64,000 nucleotides of DNA, taken from Nemertoderma westbladi. Its lineage: Eukaryota > Animalia > Xenacoelomorpha. Below the pieces are notes generated by a model. It saw nothing but the letters and a program-made list of their open reading frames with translations. It did no database searches and had not been told where the DNA came from. Below, one piece after another: positions 50,885 to 60,822 of the stretch. Position 1 is the first letter of the stretch, and every line of letters begins with the position of its first letter. Location of the stretch: assembly GCA_032718475.1 (NCBI GenBank), contig JAUCBJ010009116.1, positions 1 to 64,000 on the forward strand. The letters are read 5' to 3'. The position numbers and the translations under genes were made by a program.

Positions 50885-52168
50885 CAATGGTTGTATAACC
50901 GAACATATCACTCACCAATACCTATGGTTGTATAACCGAACATATCACTCACCAATACCTGTGGTTGTATAACCGAAAATATCACTCACCAATACCTATG
51001 GTTGTATAACCGAACATATCACTCACCAATACCTATGGTTGTATAACCGAACATATCACTCACCAATACCTATGGTTGTATAACCGAACATATCACTCAC
51101 CAATACCTATGGTTGTATAACCGAACATATCACTCACCAATACCTGTGGTTGTATAACCGAACATATCACTCACCAATACCTATGGTTGTATAACCGAAC
51201 ATATCACTCACCAATACCTGTGGTTGTATAACCGAACATATCACTCACCAATACCTATGGTTGTATAACCGAACATATCACTCACCAATACCTATGGTTG
51301 TATAACCGAACATATCACTCACCAATACCTGTGGTTGTATAACCGAACATATCACTCACCAATACCTATGGTTGTATAACCGAACATATCACTCACCAAT
51401 ACCTGTGGTTGTATAACCGAACATATCACTCACCAATACCTATGGTTGTATAACCGAACATATCACTCACCAATACCTATGGTTGTATAACCGAACATAT
51501 CACTCACCAATACCTATGGTTGTATAACCGAACATATCACTCACCAATACCTATGGTTGTATAACCGAACATATCACTCACCAATACCTATGGTTGTATA
51601 ACCGAACATATCACTCACCAATACCTATGGTTGTATAACCGAACATATCACTCACCAATACCTATGGTTGTATAACCGAACATATCACTCACCAATACCT
51701 ATGGTTGTATAACCGAACATATCACTCACCAATACCTATGGTTGTATAACCGAACATATCACTCACCAATACCTATGGTTGTATAACCAAACATATCACT
51801 CACCAATACCTATGGTTGTATAACCGAACATATCACTCACCAATACCTATGGTTGTATAACCGAACATATCACTCACCAATACCTATGGTTGTATAACCG
51901 AACATATCACTCACCAATACCTATGGTTGTATAACCGAACATATCACTCACCAATACCTATGGTTGTATAACCGAACATATCACTCACCAATACCTATGG
52001 TTGTATAACCGAACATATCACTCACCAATACCTATGGTTGTATAACCGAAAATATCACTCACCAATACCAATGGTTGTATAACCGAACATATCACTCACC
52101 AATACCTGTGGTTGTATAACCGAACATATCACTCACCAATACCAATGGTTGTATAACCGAACATATCA
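50885..52168. repeat. 37-bp minisatellite (~35 copies)
   Basis: Unit TATCACTCACCAATACCTATGGTTGTATAACCGAACA, highly homogeneous and without spacers. Confidence 0.98.
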
Positions 52169-52373
52169 CAAGAAATACAGACATCTTGCTGTTATCTTTG
52201 TTGTGATGATTCAATTGGCTCTGCGGTTTATGAATAAGAATCTTCCAGGTCCAGGATTTTGGGTGGACAATAATGTTTGGGTGGAGAACCAAAATATTTC
52301 AGTAATAATTACAATGTTATGTAACACAGCGAAAATTAATTAGTTACTTACCGTTCTATTGTTGTTTATTTAC

Positions 52374-52603
52374 CTGTAGATTTTTATGGCGCGCTAAATC
52401 CTTCACTTTATTGACTTTATCAACATCTTTGGGCTCTGCGTCAGTAAATATAAATATAGCGTCACCGTCATTGGCTAATTCGATGGCCAATAGGATAGCA
52501 GATAAAGACATCTCAGGACAGTCACTGCCATCGGATGGGGTTACAGAGGTCAACCATTGGATAAATATATCTGAGTCATCGGTTTCCTGAGCCGGTCCGA
52601 AAT
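52374..52603 (-). CDS. Host VWA7/hemicentin-like gene, vWA-domain exon (DFGPAQETDDSDIFIQWLTSVTPSDGSDCPEMSLSAILLAIELANDGDAIFIFTDAEPKDVDKVNKVKDLARHKNLQ)
   Basis: The DCPEMS...IFIFTDA..KD signature matches the hemicentin/VWA7 vWA domain. Acceptor taatcag|, donor cag|gtaaat. Confidence 0.92.
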
Positions 52604-52859
52604 CTGATTAAAGTTTCATAAACATCTTATAGGCAATAAGAAGCAGCGGCGACCTTCTAGCAATTATATTAACTGTGAAATACGGTATGCTATTCTTACT
52701 ACTGATTTACGGTCACACTACTACAGTACTACTGCTACTACGATTGGCATGCTGCATTGCAGCTACATTATATATATTACATATATTAATAGAGCTGTGC
52801 CGGCTTATCGACAAATTTGCGCCGCCACAACTCCCTATCATCCACGACATTTGCTAGAT

Positions 52860-53590
52860 CATCCGCATCTTCAAGGCCAGTGTCCTTTAATATGCGTCTC
52901 AAGAAAGTCATGGGCTGTCCACCATACTTATTCACTCCATGAGGTCGCCAAAGTTAAATATTATACACTGGGTGGTCCTCACGGCGAAAACAATGTCCTG
53001 CAAATTGGAAGAGGCTCCCTCCGTTCAAGTGTCAAGCTAGGGGAGACTAATGAAACACCTCCAATGTTGTATGGAGTCTGATTGGAGATATGTTCATTGT
53101 ACTTACCACAATGAACCCGGCGCAGCATTCTTTTGAAAGTGCCATCCAGTGATTTGGTATCCTCTGCAGTTAGAGCCCAGCATCGACTCCTATATAAGAG
53201 TACTGGTACTACTACAGCCATTGACTATTAACGCTTCCCATTCCTTCCCCTTATGTATCCAAAGGTCTTCACCTGACTTTCCATGATCCCAAGTAGCAGA
53301 AGTCATCCACGTGCTCAAGCAAGCCATCCATGGAGCTAATGCCCTTACGACCACACATTTCTTGAGGGCTCTCTAGGTTCACTGTCATAATTTTGGTCTT
53401 ATTGGAGTTTATGAAAAGACCAGCACTAGAAGCAACCTACTCCAATGAGCAGAAGAGCGTTTGGGCAAAGTCATCGGCAAAGTCTAGATCAGTAAGGTAC
53501 TTTGATGGATTTCCTACTTCTTGTGCCTGTGGGGGGTGATACCAACACCCCATCATTATTAAGATGGTCTAAGGACATGCGCAGAAGTCA
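52860..53590 (-). mobile_element. Degenerate RTE-clade LINE fragment (RT C-terminal region)
   Basis: AVVVPVLLY...WALT..DTKSLDGTFKRMLRR..HISN, plus a DLDFADD remnant at about 53470-53490. Confidence 0.7.
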
Positions 53591-53605
53591 GTCAGGTCAG
53601 GTCCC

Positions 53606-53609
53606 CAAA

Positions 53610-53641
<32 letters not shown>

Positions 53642-55799
53642 ATTCAAATTTCAAATCAAATTCAAATTCATATATTTCTTTCACTTATAACTAAAACATA
53701 CACGAATTGCACAGATTAACATAGTAAATATTGGCAGCAGAGGCGCAGGCAATAGCAGAGCTAGTGGAGCCAGGGCCAATGCGTAAGTCATAAGTGGGAG
53801 GGGGGGGGGGGGGGGTAGGAGGAGTGGGGGAGGAGGGGGTGGGGGGGGGGGGTGCGTTTTGTTGCTCAGATTAGGGTGAATTTAATGAAGTGCTCATGGA
53901 GTACAGTATGCTGCAATTTAAGTAGTACCGAGGTGGATCATTTCAAACACAGGACGTTATGTCTTGAAAAATAAATGGGGTTATCGCATGGACGTTATGC
54001 CTTGAAAAATAAATGGGGTTATCGCATGGCGTATGTTGGAATAGAGTTATGTTATCAGAGATTTAAATATAATTTAGAATATGTCGTTTATATGCCTTTG
54101 AGAATGAGTTTTTAGAATTTTTGATCTTGATTTCAGAGGGAACCGAGTTCCAGATGGTTGGGCCCTGATAACGGATAGAGCATTGGGAGGAATCTAATCT
54201 AACTAAAGGGACGATGAAGCCAAAAGAGGCAGCTAAGCGGGTAGAATATCCATGAGAGATTTTTTTAAATAATTTACCGATGGGGGAGGTTGGAAGAATA
54301 GTGTTATTATTTGCGTCGTACATAAGTAAGGCGGTTTGATGTTTGTATAGAAGGTCAATGGGTAAAATAGATAACGATTTGTAAATAGGGTTGGATGATG
54401 AACGGCTGTGAGAAAATGTAATACAACGAATTATTTTATTAATTTTGGTACGTAGGGGTTTAAGCGTAGAAGAATGGGTTTTTCCCCAAATTAAGATACC
54501 ATATAATAGATAGGGGTGGATAAGGGAAAAATATAGTTGGCGTAAGATATTTAATGGAAAAATGTATCTGAGTTTATAGAATAAACCACCGGTTTTGGAG
54601 ATTTTTTTAATTATTGAATTAATATGTGACTTCCAGCAAAGTTTATTATCAACCGAAATACCTAAAAATTTTGTTGAGATTTTAAAATCGATAAGAGTAT
54701 TATTTATTTGAATTTTAAGATCTGTGGGGTTAAAACGTTTGTTAGAAAGGATAGTATATTCAGTTTTGGTTAGATTTAAGGAGAGTTTGTTATCAGACAG
54801 CCAATCAGAGAGGGTGTTGAGTTCAGAGTTAACAAAGTCGCTTAGTAGAGGTAAGTTCGAACCAGTGGCGTATAGAGTAGTGTCATCGGCAAAGAGCGTA
54901 GTGAAAAGTCGGGTAGCGTTTGGGAGGTCGTTAATGTAAAGGAGGAATAGGAGGGGGGACAAGGTGGCGCCTTGAGGGACGCCGGTGTTTAGAGGAAGGT
55001 AGGAGGATGTATTATTTCCAATAGAAACGCATTGGGTGCGAGCAGAGAGATAGCTGGAAAATAATTGTAGTGGTAGGCCGCGGATACCATAGCAGGAGAG
55101 TTTTTGGAGAAGTATATCGTGGTTAATTGTGTCGAACGCTTTTTTTAGATCAATATATATTACACAGGAATAATTTTTATTGTCGAGGTACTGGTGTAAA
55201 TTTTCAATGACGGATAGTAGGGCATGAGAGGTGGTAGTCTTGGGGCGGAAACCATATTGGCAGGATGAAAGGATCGATAATTTATGTATGTAGGAGAGAA
55301 GCTGCGAGTTAATTAATTGTTCAAAAATTTTACTAAGAATTGGCAAGAGAGAGATGGGACGGTAATTATTTCGATCGCAGTGTTCACCTGATTTAAAAAC
55401 TGGGATAACTTTGGCTTTTTTTAAAGTGTCCGGGAAAAAACCGTGGGAAATAGATATATTAAATAGATAACTTAGGATATGAGATAATTGCTTAGCAGCT
55501 AGAATAAGTAAGCGAGTTGGAAAAGGGTCATTGGAGGCAGTGTGTGGGTCTAGTTGTAGTAGTTTATATTCAACTTCAATAGGACAGGTTTCGATTAACG
55601 AGAAAGAATTGCGAGGTGGATTTATGTGGCGAGTTGGTCTGCGTGGTGAAGAGGGAATTGTACTAGCTAGTGATTGGCCAATAGTGGAAAAGTGTTGATT
55701 GAATAGATCTGCTATAGAAGTTGGGTCAGTAATTGTTTCAGTAGAAAGATCAGTTTTAACAGTGAGTTTAGTTGGGAGTTTGGAGGAGTTGTTTCCCAA
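53606..55799 (-). mobile_element. 5'-truncated CR1/L2-group (Crack/Daphne-like) LINE with (TTTGAA)n tail
   Basis: The RT ORF is followed by a 3' UTR and a tandem TTTGAA/TGAATT tail at 53606-53670. Confidence 0.88.
54063..55799 (-). CDS. Non-LTR retrotransposon reverse transcriptase (ORF2 C-terminal 578 aa)
   Basis: NYRPISLL, QYGFR, DLKKAFDTI, GVPQGATLSPLLFLLYINDL, LFADDT. The frame is uninterrupted. Confidence 0.93.
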   Translation of the reverse strand: MGNNSSKLPTKLTVKTDLSTETITDPTSIADLFNQHFSTIGQSLASTIPSSPRRPTRHINPPRNSFSLIETCPIEVEYKLLQLDPHTASNDPFPTRLLILAAKQLSHILSYLFNISISHGFFPDTLKKAKVIPVFKSGEHCDRNNYRPISLLPILSKIFEQLINSQLLSYIHKLSILSSCQYGFRPKTTTSHALLSVIENLHQYLDNKNYSCVIYIDLKKAFDTINHDILLQKLSCYGIRGLPLQLFSSYLSARTQCVSIGNNTSSYLPLNTGVPQGATLSPLLFLLYINDLPNATRLFTTLFADDTTLYATGSNLPLLSDFVNSELNTLSDWLSDNKLSLNLTKTEYTILSNKRFNPTDLKIQINNTLIDFKISTKFLGISVDNKLCWKSHINSIIKKISKTGGLFYKLRYIFPLNILRQLYFSLIHPYLLYGILIWGKTHSSTLKPLRTKINKIIRCITFSHSRSSSNPIYKSLSILPIDLLYKHQTALLMYDANNNTILPTSPIGKLFKKISHGYSTRLAASFGFIVPLVRLDSSQCSIRYQGPTIWNSVPSEIKIKNSKNSFSKAYKRHILNYI

Positions 55800-57727
55800 G
55801 ACAACAGTTATATGTTGCTACAGTCCAACCAATGCATCAAAGCCAGAACAAGCAGTCAAGTTTTATGAAGAACTGACTGGACTTATAAAGGACATTCCGA
55901 AACACAATGTTAAAGTCATTGCTGGGATGCGCAAATTGGCCCAGACAGGTACTTACTAACAGGGCTAACAGGTACTTACTTTTAGACCTAATGGAAGAAA
56001 AGAATGTGAATTGATACCAACAAACAACACATTCGAAAAGAGTAAGGGGAAGCTATGGACCTTACAATACCCTAATGGAACCAAAGCACAACTGGATTAC
56101 ATCCTTATAAACAAAGAGTAGAGAAACAACATGATCAACTGTGAGGCATACAGCTCGTTCAACCTAATTGGTTTGGACCACAGAAATGTGACTGCAGAGA
56201 TCAGACTCAGTTTGAGAGCCAGCAAACCCAGGACAAGCAAGCAAATCAACTATGACTGGGAGAAACTCAGAACTGACAATGCTGTAAAGGATGCTTATAC
56301 AGTAGAAGTTCAAAACTGCTTTGAAGCACTTCAGTCAATGGATGAAGACCACTCCACCGATTCAATATACCAGAATATAATAACAGCCCACAAGGAATCA
56401 GCTAAGAAGCATATCCCCCAGAAACCCAAACGAAAACAGTATGTGCCATGGCAAAACTCTGAGGTTACTTGTAAGAGAGAAGATCTTAAGATAGCCTACA
56501 AAGTTAAAACCGAACAACCAACAACAGAAAACATTAACGAGGTTGAGAAAGCTAAGGAGGATCTTAAATTGGCCTACATGATCAGCCAGGAAAAGTACAT
56601 ACAGTATAAAATTGAAGCAATTACAACTGCTCACATACAGCAACAATCAAGACTTACCTGGCAAACTGTAAATGAGGTTTCTGGTCGGAAAAGTTGTGCA
56701 AAGGGGCGCCTCAAAGCCGATAGTCCTGAAGAACGTGTTGGGAAGTGGAAAAATCACTTCAGCAACTTGCTTGGGCAGCCACCAAACATCGAGGTCAGCC
56801 CTACAAGGAAAATATATGACAAGACACTACCTATAGAAACAGGGGACTTCACACCTGCCGAACTCCAAAGAAGCATTAAAAGCATGTCCAATAATAAAGC
56901 GAGTGGATTAGATGAAATCCCAGCGGAGGTATGGAAAACCGGAGTGCTAAACAGACCATTATTGAATGTTTGCAACCGGATGTTAAAAGGGGAAAAGCCC
57001 CACCAATTTGGACTAAAGGTCAACTAAAGCCTCTCCCCAAGAAAGGAGACCTCGGCATACCAACAAACTATCGTGGGATCTGTCTGCTTGTGGTAGCTGC
57101 CAAAATATACAATAAAATGATTCTATATAGGATTAGGCCTCACATAGAGAAACTACTGCGTAACAGCCAGAACGGATTCCGACCAAGTAGATCAACAATA
57201 GCTCAGATACTTGTACTACGGAGACTGATTGAAGGAATTAAGTCAAAGAATCCCCCCCCAAGTCATGACTTTTGTGAACTTCAAGAAGGCATTCGACTCC
57301 ATCCATAGAGGTAAAATGCTTGAAATCCTAAGAGCTTATGGAATACCAGAAGTAATTGTTGGAGGCATTGGATTGTTATATTGTGACACAAGCGCAGGTA
57401 CTCTCACCAGATGGTGAAACTGAGTTTTTCTCAATCCTGGCTGGGGTACTGCAAGGTGACACATTAGCACCATTACTATTTGTAATTGTGCTGGATTACG
57501 CAATGAGGACAGCTACAAAGGGTGAAGACCTGGTATTCACACTTCAAGAACGCATAAGTAGTAGATATCCAGCAACTACAGTCACAGAGACCGACTTTGC
57601 GGAAGACATCGCCCTGCTCTCTAATACGCTAGCAGATGCACAGCTTCTACTAAATAAAGTGGAGAGGGCTGCTAAGGAGGTTGGATTGCATATAAATGCT
57701 ACCAAGACCGAATTCATGACCTTTAAT
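55795..57727 (+). mobile_element. Degenerate RTE-clade LINE (APE endonuclease + RT), interrupted by A2
   Basis: TTVICCYSPT, QLDYILIN, NYRGICL, QNGFRPSRST, FKKAFDSIHR, GVLQGDTLAP and DFAEDIALL across frameshifted ORFs. It stops abruptly at the A2 LTR. Confidence 0.88.
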
Positions 57728-58264
57728 TGTGACGGGATCCAAGAGGGATCCCGGTTTATCCGGTTTTAGTTCACGCGTCCCCGCCGTGTATAAAGAGTGA
57801 ATGAGTTCTGATGTTGTTTGTCGTATATAATATGATATGCGGATATAGATATAGATATAGTATTGTCGTATATGGAAGGCGGGATACGGTAACTAAAGTC
57901 CCGGTCCTTCCCTATCTAAAACTATGTAATAACCTAAACTAGCACCGGTATTGCACTGAGATAACTGAATTGGTATTATTACTGCCAAGTGGCTATATTG
58001 CACGGTTGGCCTTGTTACTCTACCTAATCGATGCCTTTCCCCCCTCTGATTGGTTGATACCCTTGTTGGCGCCCTTTGGAGTGTTCCCGTTCACTCCACC
58101 TATTCTCTCTGGGTTAGGGGTTTGGCCCCTGACCCTCTTTGTGTGCTTCCTTCCCACTCTTATTGGGATGGCACGAGTTGGTTAATTATCCAATCTCGTG
58201 GCTCCCAATATTGCTTATCGGCTTATAACTTTATGGGGTGTTAGCGGGATTGAATAAGCTAACA
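57728..58264 (-). repeat. 3' LTR of A2
   Basis: Homologous to 6310-6837, with the same TGT...ACA termini. Confidence 0.95.
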
Positions 58265-58273
58265 CTCCCCCCC
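58265..58273 (-). other. Polypurine tract of A2
   Basis: Sense GGGGGGGAG immediately before the 3' LTR. Confidence 0.85.
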
Positions 58274-59040
58274 ATGCTATCTTCCCGGTAAGAAGATAGC
58301 ATCAACCAAAAAAGTGCGCTACAATCCCGCTGGATCCCGATCTAGTATCGGGTGTGGGGTGGAATTCTTTTCTCTCGGGGTCGGCTTTCCAGGCCGCCCC
58401 CTATGGGTATGATAACGCTACCCTGAGTGCCTTGCGTCTCATGTCGGGCCGATCGCGCTCACCTCTCACGCAACTTTTGTTTCCCCAACACTTCCGCCCT
58501 ATCTCTTCTTCACTCTCACCCTAACTCTCTCACACTCGGACCTCCTCGTCCCTCACTCAGCCTCTTATTCTCCCCCCCCCCCCACACTAGAATTGCGTCC
58601 GCACTCTCTCCGCACTCCGCACTTACTACTCTGTCCCTCAACCCTACTTCGACTGCCTCATCCCCTCTGACGAATCTCCCCCCCCCCCCTTTTGTGCCGT
58701 CGCACTCAAGAAGTGTGAAATTGTCTGGTGTCTCGTCCATAGTGCCATAGTCAGTTATCCCCCAGTCCCAGTAGCTAATTGAGAAAGGTTGTATGACTAT
58801 AGTACTTACTCCCAGCGTATATTCGTAGATTACTAATTACTACATACGTACATACAAATTGCACTTATATGATTATTTGCATTAATTAAATTTGTACTTA
58901 ATAGTTCGTACATCCCACGCGGCGCCTTCCAGGCGTACCACGTCCAAGTCCCAGTCTCTCTCCCTCGACTCTGGGAACCTATCTGTTCCTCCGGGGGTAG
59001 TTCCCCCTGGCGTCCTCTTCCCTGGGTCGTTTCTTGGTTA

Positions 59041-60822
59041 TCACCGTTCCTCTGGCATCATCCGCTTTCTGCTTTCGGACCTTCGCCGCCACTTCCTTGC
59101 TGATCCCGGTCGTTGGCTCCTTGGGCGCTGTGTTATTAGTGCCCGATATCGCTTCGCCGGTGGCCCCTCAGAGTGGCCCGGTTGTCTCCCTCTAGTGGCG
59201 TCCCATATGATCATTTTCATTGCCTTTGGTACATGCTCCGCCAAGAAATCCCTAAACTCCCTTCGGTTCTCTGGCGTCCACCTGTCCAGATACCTTTGCG
59301 TGTTCATCACTCCAGCGTACGACGCCGCCGTTGCTACCTCTTGGTAGGTAAACGGTAGCCTCCGCTTTATGATTTCCATGTGAGTCTCCTGATTGATAAG
59401 GAAGAAACCCCACTTGAACTCCTGGGCCTTCATGCGCTGGCGCGTCATGGCCCCGACGTCGGCCCACTCCTCGAATCTTGTGAACTTCTCCTCGTCGTTC
59501 ATCCAGTCGCACTCGCGTCCGTAGTGTACCCGAAAATGGCACTTTGGACATCGGTTATGCAACCGTGGACACGCCCCCATCCTGTGGCTTGGTTCTCTGC
59601 AGTAGAGACAAAAGGTTCCCTTTTGGAACCGGTATAGGCAGCTGCTTTCCCGATGGGTCTGTCTCCCACAGTAGTCGCAGCCGAGTACCAATGTCTCCCG
59701 TCCCACCTCGTCTTTCGTCCCAAGCGATCTCCGCGGTCTGTGGAGTCGCTGGTAGGCGAACTTCTCTACGTTGGTCTCTCTATCTACGTCGATCACTGCA
59801 ATCGTCCCACCTTTGCGGTCCCTAAACCTTTCTAAGGCGTTAATGAACGCTGATGCCGTTGCATCTTGGGCGAGTTCTATCCCTACCGCCCGCGTATTGT
59901 TGCATACGAAGATAATGCCGTAGCGTTTCTCCGTGTGTCGCATCACTTTGATCTTTATCGGTCCAAACATGTCCACACCGCAATGCGTAAATGGCGGGTC
60001 GTGCTGTCTTACCCTACTCGCCGGTAGTGGCGCCATCTCCTGTACGGCTCGCTCCTTCTTCGCTCGTCGGCAGGTCTGGCACTGCCCCACTACCGCTTTT
60101 ACCTTCTTCCTCAGTTGTTTGACCCAATAGGTCCTCCTTATCTCTGTGAGGGTTCGGTTGGTGCCCCCATGTAATATCGATTTGTGGGAGTCCCATATGA
60201 TCTGGTGGACTATTGGCGATCCTGTAGGAATGATGATGGGTTTCGGTGGTACGACTATGCTGTTGTTGTATCCCACCCTAGAATTCATTACTAGAATCCT
60301 GTCGTCATTGAGTTGTGGCGACAGCGTAATCAGCTCGCTGTCCCGTCGGAGGTGCTGTTGGTTACCGACGCGTTCCACCTCGTCGCCGTAGTTCTTCCGT
60401 TGTTCATAGCGGATCACTGCCTTGGCCGCTCCTTCCAGATCTATGGTTGTCCTGATCTTCTCGTCCTTGCCGACTCCCGCAAGGAAATTCCCGAAGGCTC
60501 TCCAGTACGCCACTAGTTTCTTGGTCTTATACCAACTAGAACTGTAGCTGAGGAGTTTATCCGTCGGGTTATCGCACAGTTCCCGTCCTGGTTGCACGTC
60601 CCTAATCTCCCTCACCATCTGGGAGTATATCTCTTCTCCCTCTGAATCTCCCTCTTCTCCTTCTGATACTACTTCCGAGCCCGGGTCCACCTTCCTCATC
60701 GGCGGCCAGGCCTCCCTTGTGGCCCATGTTGCCACAATACTTCCTTCTTCAGGAAAGTATGGCGTTCCACGCCCCTCGACAGCAAGTCCGCTGGGTTCTC
60801 GTCTGTTGGGCAGTAGTGCCAC
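59041..60822 (-). CDS. A2 truncated integrase (HHCC + first catalytic D) fused in frame to a triple-CCHC accessory protein
   Basis: SHKSILHGG...CQTC, GVDMFGP and FINALERF, but no SDNG or E35 motif. These are followed by CDYC..H..C, CLYC..H..C and CPKC..H..C. Confidence 0.85.
   Translation of the reverse strand: MALLPNRREPSGLAVEGRGTPYFPEEGSIVATWATREAWPPMRKVDPGSEVVSEGEEGDSEGEEIYSQMVREIRDVQPGRELCDNPTDKLLSYSSSWYKTKKLVAYWRAFGNFLAGVGKDEKIRTTIDLEGAAKAVIRYEQRKNYGDEVERVGNQQHLRRDSELITLSPQLNDDRILVMNSRVGYNNSIVVPPKPIIIPTGSPIVHQIIWDSHKSILHGGTNRTLTEIRRTYWVKQLRKKVKAVVGQCQTCRRAKKERAVQEMAPLPASRVRQHDPPFTHCGVDMFGPIKIKVMRHTEKRYGIIFVCNNTRAVGIELAQDATASAFINALERFRDRKGGTIAVIDVDRETNVEKFAYQRLHRPRRSLGTKDEVGRETLVLGCDYCGRQTHRESSCLYRFQKGTFCLYCREPSHRMGACPRLHNRCPKCHFRVHYGRECDWMNDEEKFTRFEEWADVGAMTRQRMKAQEFKWGFFLINQETHMEIIKRRLPFTYQEVATAASYAGVMNTQRYLDRWTPENRREFRDFLAEHVPKAMKMIIWDATRGRQPGHSEGPPAKRYRALITQRPRSQRPGSARKWRRRSESRKRMMPEER

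Noticed and set aside
50885-52168. CRISPR-like array (also the 36-bp and 30-bp arrays)
   Set aside because: The units are head-to-tail with no unique spacers, there are no cas genes, and the context is a eukaryotic intron.
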